From the human T2T-CHM13v2.0 reference genome, Homo sapiens: 64,000 bases of DNA. A program made the translations under genes and the position numbers. The stretch's first letter is position 1. Each line of letters opens with the position of its first letter. The stretch lies in the NCBI RefSeq assembly GCF_009914755.1, contig NC_060931.1. One strand, given 5' to 3'. Shown here piece by piece: positions 1 to 12,684 of this stretch. The notes under the pieces were generated by a model. It was not told the origin of the DNA. It saw only the letters and a list, made by a program, of their open reading frames with translations, and made no database searches.

Positions 1-367
1 CAGATACATTGATGATTAATACCCAAAAATCTATAAATGTTATCATATTTCGATTGCATTATAAATGTATTTTTCATTTAAGATATTTTGAATATTAATC
101 ATCAATGCATTCATGAGAAACATGATTACTGTATTTTACAATAATGTGTTAGGTACAATTAGGAACATCTTAACTAAAATTTTTGCACCTATGTTTATAC
201 AAAATAATGTGGATCTGTTGTCAAAATAATATTTATGTATTTATTTAAATTTTTCTCTTTATGCTTTAGACTTTGTTATCCTTTTGTTCTTGTCTGACAA
301 AATGATTGGGTGACTTTGCCTTTTTTTCTTTTTTTTTTTTTTTTTTAAGAAGTCTTATAGTATAAGT

Positions 368-896
368 CAGCAGCCCGCAACCTTTGTGGCACCAAAGACT
401 GGTTTCGTGGAAGATAATTTTTCCATGGGTCAGGGTGGCGGGTGGCGGGGGATGATTTTGGGATGATTCAAACGCATTACATTTATTGTTCACTTTATTA
501 TTATTACATTGTAATATATAATGAAATAATTATATAACTCGCCATAATTTAGAATCAGTGGGAGCCCTGAGGTTGTTTCCCTACAAGTAATCGGTCACAT
601 CTTGGGGTGATGGGAGACAGTGACAGATCATAAGGCATTAGATTCCCATAAGGAGCCCACAAGCTAGATCCTTTGCATGTGCAGTTCACAATATAATTAG
701 ATCCTCTCCTATGAGAATCTAATGCCATGGCTGATCTGACAGGAGGAAGAGATCAAGTGGTAATGTGAGTGATGAGGAGCAGCTGTAAATACAGATGAAG
801 CTTCACTTCCTTGCCTGCCGCTTACCTCCAGCCGTGCAGCCGGGTTCCTAACAGGCCACAGACAGGTACTAGTCCATGGCCCAGAGGTTGGACCTG
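368..896 (-). mobile_element. MER1A-like hAT-Charlie non-autonomous DNA transposon
   Basis: About 530 bp with degenerate terminal inverted repeats (cagcagcccgcaacc ... ggttggacctg) and MER1 internal motifs (ggcattagattc, tatgagaatctaatgcc, gggttcctaacaggccac). Confidence 0.85.
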
Positions 897-1212
897 GTGT
901 AGATTCTCAGTTCCTTGAAATGCTGACACTATTTACTTGTAACAATGTCTTCACCTGGGACTTTTTTGAAGAGGTAACTTGAATCACCTTTTTAAATGTA
1001 TTTAAATATATCTATTCAAGTTGTCTATTTATTCTTGTTCCAAGTTATTGATTTATTTTTCATCCAGGTTTTAAAATTATTATTATACAGTTGTTTATAT
1101 ATACTTTTATAATTTTAACTACTATTATATATGTCTTCACCTCTCATTTTCTTTATTCTAAATTTTGTTTATTTGTGTCTTCTTTTTTATCTTCATGAAA
1201 TCAATGTATCTT

Positions 1213-1760
1213 TTTTTACATGCCAAATGTATTTCATAAAGCAAGAAAATGAAATTTTATTTAATTAATTAATCTATTTATTTTTAGGTTCAGGTGTGCA
1301 TGTGTAGGTTTATTATATATGTAAATTTGTGTCATGGGGGTTTGTTGTACAAATTATTTCATCACTCAGGTATTAAGCCTAGTACCTTTTAGTTATTTTT
1401 CCTGATCCTCTCCCTCTTCCCACTCTCCACCCTCCAACAGGCCCCAGTGTGTGTTGTTCCCTTCTATGTGTCCATGTGTTCTCATCATTTAGCTCCCACT
1501 TATAAGTGAGAATATGCAGTAGTTGGTTTCTGTTCCTGCATTAGTTTGCTAAGGATAATGGCCTCCAGCTTCCTATATGTTCCTGCAAAGGACATGATCT
1601 TGTTCCTTTTTATGAATGCATAGTATTCCATGGTTGGTATGTACCACATTTTCTTTACCCAGTCTACCATTGATGGGCATTTAGGTTGATTTCATATTTT
1701 TGCTATTGTGAATAGTGCTGCAATGAACATATGCATCTATGTATCTTTATAATAAAATGA
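1213..1760 (-). mobile_element. 5'-truncated L1 3' end (L1PA10-16 age group) with extended tail
   Basis: Antisense L1 3'UTR/ORF2 end at 1287-1760 (ttagctcccacttataagtgagaatatgcag). Flanked by aaatcaatgtatctt (1198-1212) and aaatcaatatatctt (1761-1775). Confidence 0.85.
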
Positions 1761-1777
1761 AAATCAATATATCTTAT

Positions 1778-2414
1778 TAATACAGGAGGTAGAAAGAAAT
1801 TATTTAGACAGGTAGTGAGGACAACAAAGTCCTCGGCAGAGCTATCCTTTTAGTAAAAAGCAGCACCCCAAATCATGTCTTTTCTAACAAAGAGCAGCCT
1901 GAAAAATTGATCTGCAAAGATAGATAGGCAAGCTGGATGCTTGCAAGAGGGAATGCTGGCAGCTGCACCAAGAGAAAAGGGCTACCTGGGTGCCAGGCAT
2001 GTCCAACAGGAAGGCTCCATCTTCCCTTTTTGGTTACATGTGTACAGAAACAAAGAAATGGGCAACATGGCACAGCTCAGGCAGAGAACTTGCCTGCATA
2101 ATAAAGATTAAGGTGAGGGTCACCAGAAATTTGCAACCTATGTAAATGGCACACCTGGTCTAACCAGTTTTTTGCGCCTTCTGTGTGAATCAGACACTGC
2201 CTCCTCACCAGCTCATCTATAAAACCCCTTGCATTTCACTGCGGTCTGGCAACCCATTTTTCCAGGACCCCTCTCTGCAGCAGAGAGCTCTTCTCTTTCT
2301 TTTGCTTATTAAACTTCCACTCTCAACCTCACTCTTTGTGTGTCTGCATCCTTGTTCTCCATGAGTGTGGGACAACGAACCTCAGGTGTTACTTCAGACA
2401 ACAATGCTGTTTCA
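1778..2414 (+). mobile_element. ERV1 solo LTR, LTR9-like
   Basis: Starts taatacaggaggtagaaagaaattatttag and ends gctgtttca. 4-bp TSD ttat at 1774-1777 and 2415-2418. tataaaa at about 2218 and attaaa at about 2308. Confidence 0.8.
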
Positions 2415-3449
2415 TTATTGATTTCTTGAAGAATCAGATTTTGGATTCGTTAAATTTCTCTATGGCGTTTTTTTCATTATTTTATATATATCTCTAAAAT
2501 TTATTATTTTTCTTCTTCATGCTTAAGTTTATTTAAGTTTGAGATGCAGTTACAATTTGGACACAAAAACTTATATTGCTGCTCAGTTTCTATTGCTGCC
2601 CAGTTTCAAGTATCTCTTAATTTCTCTTTCTTTGTATTTACTCTTCCAATCACTCCTTGGTATCAGGGATGATACCGAGAAATAGATCTTCAAAAACAGG
2701 ATTCTGACATTGGGTTGATCACTGTTTGCTCTTTAATAATTACCTCCTTTCCAGTGGCAAATAAAACATTGTAATAATCTGGCATCCAAATTATTTTTAT
2801 TAATTACCTGCTGCTCTTTGGTGTAGAAAACTTATAAGTGACAGAATTTTGATATGATATGGCAAATAATACATTTGAGCAGAGTAATAATAGCTACAAG
2901 ACCAAGGGTTGGGATGATGACTCAGCAATCTCACTCACAACAATAACAAGCTCAGAGCTAAAGTAACAGAGAACCTGAGAATTTACATGAATATTCTAAA
3001 AATATCTTCTGTTTTGTAGCTATGGAGAAAATTTGGCTAAAAATAAGATACAATATACAATTGCGCAAAAACATTGAATTGAATACAAAGCATCCATTAA
3101 CTCTTCTCTGGGAAAGTAAAGGCATTGAGTGCAAGGCAGTGAGAAATGAGACTTTAGATAGGGATTTTGGGGTAAGACATGATAAATGTGAGAACTTTGA
3201 ACCTTCAGAAATCCTCAGTCTTCCCTCACCAACAGAACTAGCTCCTGCTTCTAAGGAAATTACACGTCTCTTGCTCAAAGACTTTGTAAATACTAGCATT
3301 TTTACCTGCTTTTTTTGCAAGAAGATGACTTTTCTCAAGAACAGTTTACCACTCACTATTGCCTTCTGATGCATAACTAGAGTAAGATGACTGCATACCC
3401 AAGAGGAATTAGTGCAAAACTGACTCATAAGAATCTAAGTTGTACGGGT

Positions 3450-3450
<1 letters not shown>

Positions 3451-3482
<32 letters not shown>
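3451..3482. repeat. (CA)n microsatellite inside an inverted repeat
   Basis: Direct inspection. Confidence 0.95.
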
Positions 3483-4229
3483 GCATAAATTCTTATGAGT
3501 CAGATTTTGCACTCATATACATTCTATATACATTTATGGATGCATATATGCACATAAGAAACCTAAGAACATGGGTAGAAATGGTGCTTGCCAATGGATA
3601 ATGCAATAACCTACCTGAGACTGTGTGGTCTTTTTAAATCTTGCTAATGTGGTAGAAAGAAGTAAGAAAGAGAGAATTTCTGCTGCTTGCTCCCTGACCG
3701 AGAATAGCAAACTGAAAACAGTGACACTTTTTTTGTATAATCACAGAGTCTGTGCCAACATAAATCACTAAAAATTACATTGCAGGTTTTATTTCTTCTA
3801 CTCTCTTTTATCTCTCATATTTTACTTGAGCATTAAGTCAATATGTCTTTAAAAATGTCTGTGTGTTATCTTAAACTTTATCAGCTGGAGGCTTCAACTG
3901 CAGCTCTTTTTCCAGATGCAGTTTCTTTACTGGAATAATTCTATGTGCCCCTGGCACATGGTATGTAGTGATAGGTTTAGAAAATGCTTTTTCTTTATAT
4001 TATTTTTAAAGTACTATCAATTACAGTTTACCTGGAAGGAACAGCAGTACACTTCCACTGGGCTATGTTGTTTCTGGTTTTCTATCATGATCTAGTTTGC
4101 AGAGACTATCCTCAGTCTTCATCAGTCTACTCTATTGACAACACTGTTCTGTTGTATCTGGTAAAGGCAGGAGAACTTCCCTTGTATGCATAAATAAGAC
4201 ACATATTTGTCAGAAGGTGATAAGCTAGA

Positions 4230-5935
4230 AATTTTTTTTAAAAAATATTTGCCTACAGTAAAATTGGCATTTTGTTTTGGCGTACAGGTCTATGTGTTTT
4301 AACAGAATAATAATTTGTGGAACTGCACCAGAATCAAAGTACAGAAAAGTTCCATAATCCAAAATATTCCGTCAGGAATTTTAATAGTCACATGCTTCTT
4401 CAACCCTTAATGCCTAGAAACCACTGTTCTGTTCATTTATAGTTTTGCCTTTTCCAGAATAGCCAATAAGTAGAATCCAAAAATACATAACCTTGTAAGA
4501 CCTCTTTAATTCAACAGAATCCCTTTGAGATTCATTCGTTTTGTTTGTTTGTTTGTTTTTTTATTGAGATAGAGTGTGGCTCTGTCGCCCAGGCTGGAAT
4601 GTAGTGGCACAATCTCTGCTCCTGCCAAATTCTGTCTCCCGGGTTCAAGAGATTATTATGCTCAGCCTTCCGAGTAACTGGGACTACAGGCACGCACCAC
4701 TACGCCCAGCTAATTTTTGTATTTTTAGTAGAGACAGGGTTTCACCATGTTGGCCAGGCTGTTCTTGAATTCCTGACCTCAGGTGATCGCCTGCCCCGGC
4801 CTTCCAAAGTGCTGGGATTACAGGCATGAGCCACCACGCCCGGCCTCATTCAAGTTTTTGTTGGCTGAATTTTATTGATGACAACTATTCTATTATACAG
4901 ATATAGCCCAGGGTTTTTTTTACCCATTCACATGTGAAGGATATCAGAGTTCTGAGTTCTGAGTTGTTTCCAGTTTTTAGCTTTTATAAATTTACTATAA
5001 ACATTCATGTGGAAGTTTTTCTGTAAATGTAAACTTTTGATTCTCTAAGGTAAATATCCAGGAATGTGATTGCTGGGTCATATTTTAAATATATATTTAA
5101 TTTTACAAGAAGTTGAAGAACTGTTTTTCCAGAATGGTTGTATCATTTTTAACCCATCAGCAATGTTGTTCTGCATCCTCATCGGCACTTGAAATTGTTG
5201 ATATTTTTTATATTTTAATAGGTGTAGTGGTATCTCTTTGATTTTAGTTGGCATTTAAAGGATGTTTCGCATCCTTGACTATCCTCTTTGGTGAAGTGTC
5301 TTTTGTCTATTTTTAAATTTGATTGTTTTCCTTTCTGTTGAGTACTGAAAGTCTTTTGTATATTTGCAATGCAAGTCTTTTTCAGATATGTTATTTGCAG
5401 ATATTTTCTCACAGTTCGTAGTTTGATGTGTCACTCTCCTAACCAGTCCTTCACAGAACAAAAGTTTAAAATTTTGATGAAATGTAGTTTATCACTGTTT
5501 TCTGGATAGTGCTTTTGGTGTCATATATAACACTTTGCATAACTTTGTGCCATGAAAGTTTTCCCTTGGGTTTTCTTCTACAAATTCTGTATCTTTGAAT
5601 TTTACCTTTAGGTCCATACTTAATTTTGAGTGAAATTTTTTATAAGATGCTAAAGTGTACATTGAGGTATATATTTAAGTACATACCCCTATTCAATTGT
5701 TTAGCACAATTTCTTAAAAAAAGACTATATTTTCTCCATTCAATTGAGCGTGCACCTTTGTCAAAAATCATTGTTCATATTCGTGTGGTCTACTTCTGAG
5801 CTGTTCTGTTACAGTAATCTAATTTTTGATCTTTCTGCCAATACTGCATTGTAGTGTGATCATTGTAGCTTTATGGTAAGTCTTAAAATCAGGTAGTTTG
5901 ATTCCTCCATCTTCATTCTTATTTTTTTCTTTTCT
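4230..5935 (-). mobile_element. Old L1M fragment (3'UTR and ORF2 end) interrupted by an Alu
   Basis: Degenerate antisense L1 motifs (attgctgggtcatat, tttggtgaagtgtct, gatatgttatttgcagatattttctc, ctttgtcaaaaatca). Confidence 0.7.
4538..4845 (-). mobile_element. AluS (Sx/Sz-like)
   Basis: Antisense Alu dimer ending ...ccaccacgcccggcc, with a (TTTG)n-type tail and flanking tcattc repeats. Confidence 0.95.
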
Positions 5936-6048
5936 ATCAATTATTAATTTATTTACTTAAACTTATTTTGGTTATTGTGTTTTTTTGTTCTAATCTTTCC
6001 ATTTGGTTCTTCTTTCTATCTTCTATTTATTTGCTTAAACTTTCTATA

Positions 6049-6380
6049 CAGTTGGCCCTCCATGTCCGTGGGTTGCTTATCCACAGATTCAACCAACTAT
6101 GGCTCAAAAACATTTTTAAACATTACATCTCTACTGAACAGCCACATATTTTTTTCTTGCCATTATTTCCTAAACAATACAGTATAACAGTGACTTACAT
6201 AGCATTTACATTATATTAAGTATTTTAAGTAATTTAAAGATGATTTAATGTATAGGGGAAGATACCCATAGTTATATGCAAATACTATACCAGATTATGT
6301 AAGGGATTTGAGCATCTGCAGATTTTGTTATTTGAGGGAGGTCCTGGCACCAATTTCTTAGGGATTTCAACGGATGACTG
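6049..6380 (-). mobile_element. MER2 (TcMar-Tigger MITE)
   Basis: TIRs cagttggccctcc ... ggatgactg, TA on the left flank, MER2 internal motifs (gattcaaccaac, ttgagcatctgcagatttt). Confidence 0.85.
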
Positions 6381-6755
6381 TGTTTCCATTTGTTTCAAGA
6401 ATTTTCATGATTGCATGCTAGGTAATTCCAATATCTGTGCTCTCTTAATATTGGTATCTGCTCTCTTATCACATGTGAGTTAATATTTTCCTAATCCTTT
6501 GTATGCCAAATAATTTCGGGTTTATAATGTGGACATTTTTAGGTTTCTAGAAACTGCACAATACATATTTCAATCCTATCAATTTGGTTTGATTTTCTCC
6601 TTTTATATTGCAAAAATATTAGAAAATCTATTGCAGTTAAATTTTTAAAATTAGTCGTTCTTGAATAAAAGGTTCTGTGTATAGTCATAAAGAGAGGACA
6701 ATTGTCCTGAGTCTTTCATTGACAACTTAGTTTCTTTTTAATGTGTTTTATTATA

Positions 6756-7184
6756 TGGTTAACACATGAACAACATGGATTTTAACTATGTGGATTTACT
6801 GATATGCAGATTTTCTTCTGCCTCTGCCATGCTGGAGACAGCAAGATCAACCCTTACTTCTCCTCCCCTTCCTCAGCCTACTCAATGTGAAGACAAAGAG
6901 GATGAAGACCTTTATGATGATCCACTTCCACTTAATGAATAGTAAATATATTTTCTCTTCCTTATGATTTTCTTAACAGCATTGTCTTTCTCTAGCTTAA
7001 TTTATTGTAAAAATACAGTATGTAATACATATAACATAACATATGTGTTAATTGACTGTGTTATCAGTAATGCTTCAGGTCAACAGTAGTAGTTAAATTT
7101 TGGGAGACTCAAAATTTATACGAAAATTTCCAGTTGCTTGAGGGGCCAGTGGTCTTAACTTCTGTCTTGTTTAAGGGTCAACTG
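6756..7184 (+). mobile_element. Tigger2a-like DNA transposon
   Basis: Diagnostic gaggatgaagacctttatgatgatccacttccacttaatgaatag; right TIR aagggtcaactg followed by TA. Confidence 0.85.
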
Positions 7185-7706
7185 TATATTAGCTGAAAAT
7201 ATAATCGAGTTGCATTTATATCATCTGTTTCCATCTTCTACTTTGATGAAATTAGAAATGCAGCTAAAAGAATAGGTTTTCCAAGCAGAGAACTTATATC
7301 TGCGGGATCCATTCTTTGCATGTGCTACAGGTATGGTAGAAACTCAATTTCTGTTTCCAGTTCTATATTTAGATAGACTTTTATGTGTTCCTTCCAGTGT
7401 GGCTGAACAAAGTCATCTTTGCATGTGAGCTGCCTGATGTGTTAGTGAGAAGCCCTATTGTGTGGCGTCTTTCTCTGGCAGCTATTGCAGGAGATGTAGA
7501 GCTTCCCATTGTAGCTGGTTTCTGATGATGTTCATTCCGGACAGCATAAAGGGTTTGGAATTTTTTGTACTCCAGGAATGCTAAGTCTTGATTTTGCCAT
7601 GAGTACTTGGTGATGTGAGTGAGATTTTACTATTAGCAAGAAGACTAGGCAAGGAGGAATTACTTGGCTGTGCCAAGATGCAATTTCATTCAAAGGACCA
7701 CATGTG

Positions 7707-7708
<2 letters not shown>

Positions 7709-7742
<34 letters not shown>
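7709..7742. repeat. (CA)n microsatellite
   Basis: Direct inspection. Confidence 0.95.
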
Positions 7743-7743
<1 letters not shown>

Positions 7744-9346
7744 TCTATGCTTTTATCGGTAACTACATCTATGACATTATATATTGGTTAGAAAGCAAGT
7801 ATTCGAACACAGATGACCTTTACCACAGCATGTTTGATTCCCTGTGTCCTGGGAACACCAAATCTTCATAATTGAATCCACATAGCAATACCTTCAGCTT
7901 GAGAAGCATTCTAGGATGAAACCTGTTTGGATACAGTGTGAAAATCTAAGCCAGTCATTGAGATAGCTTCGCATCCAAGTGACTGCCAGTCCGCTTCTGA
8001 CTGTGCTTTTTTCTTAATGATCTGACTTCTCTCTCATTCCCATGTTTGTGCATCATTTTGGAGCTCAGTCTGTTTATGTGGGCATTTTCTTTCCCACTGA
8101 TGCCTAATATGTAGATGGATAACCTGGCTAGGAGGATGGGGCATTGCCTGTCCTTACCAGTGCACCAAACCTATATCAGCCTATCCTCATCAACCCTACA
8201 GCCAGCCCTGTGGGAAATCCTGGGCTGTTACATTTTCTGGGCCTCGCTGCAGGAAACCAGCCCCTCCCCTGGCTGCTTTCCAGAACATCTCCTGCTGCTG
8301 GTGCCCTTTCTTCCCTCAATGACTGGCAGACTTCTGTCGTTGTGTTCCCTCCGTTTCCCTCCAGGGACAAGCCCACTGCAGCAGGCTTATCCATTTCCAG
8401 GTTTTAAACCACAGGCTTCTCTTATGAACCACCTCTGTTAACCCCTTTGTGGCTGGCTGCATCGGTCACGGGTTCAAACTCAGCCTTTGTTCAGTAGAAT
8501 TGCACTTTTCTAATTCTTGATTAATTATGTCGTTTTGCCGGCTTGCCCATGCAGACTTAGTAACCTATGGCTGTGTTGTGCTTAAGAAGCAGGCTGCCTA
8601 TTACTACTTCCATTACTTGCCTTGAAAATGAGAGCTCTGAGCACATCATTTTATAACGAGGGTAGATTTTCTTCTCAGATGCATTATCTTTCCTTCTTCA
8701 CAGTGAAGATTGTCTGTCAGATTTCTGCTCACTCACTGAGCCCTGTGAGTTTTCTTTTCCCTGAAATTTATCTTTGTCAGCCTGGCATTTCACTACCTCT
8801 GCAATCTGTAAAATAGAGTATTTCATGGAATATTCCATTCCTATACCATTTATAAAATGGTTAAACTAGGCCTACCAGCAGTGTGTGAAGGACCAAACTG
8901 TTTACTTTTATTTGTCTTATTCTTTCAAGAAACATTTATTAACAATGTAAAAAATGGATATGCTATTCTAGCATAGTGTGTAGTGAGGAGACAATGGTGG
9001 GGGTTGTAGTTGCAAAGATGAAAAATAAACAGTTCCCGTTTTCTAAAAAGCCAGAAATGCAACAGAACATATTTTCTGTAATTCTGGGACCATGGGTGAC
9101 TAACAGTGTATTTCAGAGGATGCCAAAATTATGTATCATTTGTTTGATTGTGTATGAGTGAATACAGCATCACTGAGGCTCTCCAGTACCTGCAATGCTA
9201 CATCTCCTGGAACATGATGCAGAGGAAATCACTGCACAGAAGGCGTCAAGGATGGTGATGCTGTTCTACCACGAGGAATAGACACAAGGTATACAATCAG
9301 TGAAGGTGTGGAATGGAAGAAGAATCAAACCATTGGTTCAGCTGGA

Positions 9347-9897
9347 GCTGTATGGTTCAGCACGGTAGCCACTATCCCCGGGTGGCTCTGGAATACTTGA
9401 AATGTGCTTAGTCCCAGTTGAGATGTGCTGTAGGTATAAAATGCATACCGGATATCAAAGACAGTACCAAAAAAACCTCAAACATACGTCATTAGTCTTG
9501 TTTTGTTTAAATTCTTTAAATTTTCTATAACTTCAGGGTTATAAGTGGTTTTGGTTACATGGATGAATTGTATAGCTATGAAGTCTGGGCTTTTAGTGCA
9601 CATTGTACCCAATAGGTGATGTTTTTATCCCTCACACCCTTTCCAAGCTCCCCTCTTCTGAGTCTCCAATGTCCATTATACCATTCTGTATGCACTTGCG
9701 TACACAATGCTTAGCTCCCACTTATAAGTAAGAATACGTTGATCACATGTTGTAGGGATACTACTTTGGTTATATTAATTTAAATAAAATATTATTAAAA
9801 TTTATTTTACCTATTTCTTTTTACTTTTTAATTTAGCTACTAGAAAATTAAAATTTATATATGTGGCTCACATTATATTTCTATTGAACAGTGTTGG
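9347..9897. mobile_element. MER33-like hAT-Charlie element split by an L1 fragment
   Basis: ggtagccact...cttgaaatgtg...gagatgtgctgtag at 9347-9495; continues at 9740-9897 ending atttctattgaacagtgttg. Confidence 0.7.
9500..9738 (-). mobile_element. L1PB-like 3' end fragment
   Basis: ttttggttacatggatgaattgtatag ... ttagctcccacttataagtaagaat. Confidence 0.75.
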
Positions 9898-11009
9898 ACC
9901 GGAGCATGAGGTAATTTCAAGAGAAGAGAAGTAAGTTAGAATGAGAGCATCAAGGGCATTAAATACCTGACTAAGTAATTCATATAATATTTGCCAGCTG
10001 GTGGGAATTCATTGATTTTTGAGTAGAGAAATAAAATAGAATACCAAGGGAAGATTAATCTAGTGGCAGGGGCATATTTCAATTTCCAGTTCCTCATTCA
10101 TGATAAAACCTTGCTCCAGACCTCAATGATAATTCATTTTATAGCTTTTCAGTTGAAATTTTACCAAAGGAAAAAAATGATTTGTGTCACCATGCTTATT
10201 TACTCATTTTCAGATAGATCCTAGGTAGATTAATGCACCCCATTTCTCCTTATAGAAACCTTGGTACCTTTCTCCAAATCATTATGTTGGTATAATTGCA
10301 TAGTGAGCTCTCTTTGATAAATCTTACACAATTGCAGAGAAGCAAAGGGATTCTCATTTTTCTCCTACTCATAGCTGTCCCAGCAGCTTTTCTCACCCTG
10401 TATAGTGGGCATGTGAGGAATGTTTGCAGGAAAGCATGTTGAGGTCTCATTCTGTACAAACACAGCAGTACATGGTATTTTTAGTATTTCCAAAACGATT
10501 GCTTCTGTTTCTGCTAACTTTGAATTCAAACATATGGGTGCATTTGGGGATGTGGTGCTATATTTGTAAAAACTGTTTTATTCAAATTTTAATATCTAAA
10601 AATTAGAAAATGTGAATATTTGCTGGGCTTCATCTGATTGTACCAAGTTTTCAGTTTAAATAAATGACAGGTGATTTAGTCACTCTTCGCTCTCTGTTTC
10701 TTTGCTGTCATATTTGCTTTTGTTGTTTTGTGCTTAGTATGAGACCACAGAATTCTGTGCCTACCTGATCCATTACACATTAGTAAAACCTAATTCTCAT
10801 TCCAACACCCTTTCTTCTTTCAGATAACTAGAACAACCTTGACAAGTTCCAAACAATATGAATGTGATTTTATCAAAATTATGTTAAAGCATTTTAAAGG
10901 AAGGTTTAAAATCATTACCATACAGAAAAATCCCATTTAGGAACCTGATATGCCTAATCTACTTTTATTACCGTCAACAATCTTCTGTAATTTTGCTTGC
11001 ATAAGATAT

Positions 11010-12227
11010 TGGGAGGTGACAGCGTGCTGGCAGTCCTCACAGCCCTTGCTCGCTCTCGGCACCTCCTCTGCCTGGGCTCCCACTTTGGCGGCACTTGATG
11101 AGCCCTTCAGCCCACCGCTGCACTGTGGGAGCCCCTTTCTGGGATGGTCAAGGCCAGAGCCGGCCCCCTCAGCTTGCAGGGAGGTGTGGAGGGAGAGGCG
11201 CCAGCGGGAACCGGGGCTGCGCGGGGCGCTTGCGGGCCAGCTGGAGTTCCTGGTGGGCGTGGGCTTGGCAGGCCCCGCACTCGGAGCAGCAGGCCGGCCC
11301 TGCCGGCCCCGGGCAATGAGGGGTGTAGCACCTGGGCCAGCGGCTGCGGAGGGTGTACTGGGCCCCCCAGCAGTGCCGGCCCTGCGCTTGATTTCTCGCG
11401 GGGCCTTAGCTGCCTTCCCGCGGGGCAGGGCTCGGGACCTGCAGCCCGCCATGCCTGAGCCTCCCCCGCCACCCGGCCTCCGTGGGCTCCTGTGCAGCCC
11501 GAGCCTCCCCGACGACCGCCGCCCCCTGCTCCACGGCGCCCAGTCCCATCGACCACCCAAGGACTGAGGAGTGTGGGCACACGGCGCAGGACTGGCAGGC
11601 AGCTCCACCTGCAGCCCCAGTGCCGAGATCCACTGGGTGAAGCCAGCTGGGCTCCTGAGTCTGGTGGGAACGTGGAGAACCTTTGTGTCTAGCTCAGGGA
11701 TTGTAAACGCACCAATCAGCTCCCTGTCAAAACAGACCACTCGGCTCTACCAATCAGCAGGATGTGGGTGGGGCCAGATAAGAGAATAAAAGCAGGCTGC
11801 CCAGCCAGCACTGGCAACCCGCTGGGGTCCCCTTCCACACTGTGGAAGATTTGTTATTTCGCTCTTTGCAATAAATCCTGCTGCTGCTCACTCTTTGGGT
11901 CCACACTGCCTTTATGAGCTGTAACGCTCACCGCAAAGGTCTGCAGCTTCACTCCTGAAGCCAGCGAGACCAAGAACCCACCGGGAGGAACGAACAACTC
12001 TAGACGCGCCACCTTAAGAGCCCTAACACTCACCGCGAAGGTCTGCAGCTTCACTCCTGAGCCGGGAGACCACGAACCCACCAGAAGGAAGAAACTCCGA
12101 ACACATCCGAAAATCAGAAGGAATAAACTCCAGAGGCGCCACCTTAAGTGCTGTAACACTCACCGCAAGGGTCCGCGGCTTCATTCTTGAAGTCAGTGAG
12201 ACCAAGAACCCACCAATTCCGGACACA
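11010..12227 (+). mobile_element. LTR12C (ERV9/HERV9) solo LTR
   Basis: Starts tgggaggtgacagcgtgctggcag and ends ccaattccggacaca. Perfect 4-bp TSD atat at 11006-11009 and 12228-12231. CpG-rich U3; three ctgtaacactcaccgc-type U5 repeats. Confidence 0.95.
11700..11880 (+). promoter_or_regulatory. LTR12 core promoter and polyA signal
   Basis: CCAAT at 11712 and 11750, GC-box-like gggtgggg, AGATAA at 11776, TATA-like AATAAAA at 11785, AATAAA at 11870; this is the known ERV9 LTR layout. Confidence 0.65.
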
Positions 12228-12384
12228 ATATGCTATATCTAATTGAATTATATTTACAAGTATTTTATATTTTTTGAAGGCTTTTGAAAAGGATTTTTCA
12301 CCCTATTTGCAAAAAACCTATTGCTGTAATGAAGAATAGTAACTTTAGTATTTATTTTGTGCACTGCCTCATTACTGAACTCTT

Positions 12385-12684
12385 ATTTTTTCATTTTTTT
12401 TTCTCTTAAGATGGAGTCTCACTCTGTAGCCAGGCTCCAGCGCAGTGGTGCGATCTCGGCTCAGTGCAACCCCCGCCTCCCAGGTTCAAGCAATCTACTG
12501 CCTCAGCCTCCCAAGTAGCTGGGACTACAGGTGCACGCCACCATGCCCAGCTAGTTTTTGTATTTTTAGTAGAGATGGGGTTTCACCATGTTGGCCAGGT
12601 TGGTCTCGATCTCTTGACTTCATGATCCACCCACCTGGCCTCCCAAAGTGCTGGGATTACAGGCGTGAGCCACTGTGCCTGGGC
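12385..12684 (-). mobile_element. AluSc-like
   Basis: Antisense Alu dimer with a T-rich tail; tcttgacttcatgatcc; flanking tgaact repeats. Confidence 0.93.

Noticed and set aside
2958-3428. 156-aa and 115-aa antiparallel ORFs in non-repeat DNA
   Set aside because: No recognisable homology, splice context or coding-like composition
10937-11789. Long overlapping ORFs (267, 205 and 157 aa)
   Set aside because: They lie within the GC-rich LTR12C U3, where stop codons are rare; no domain signature
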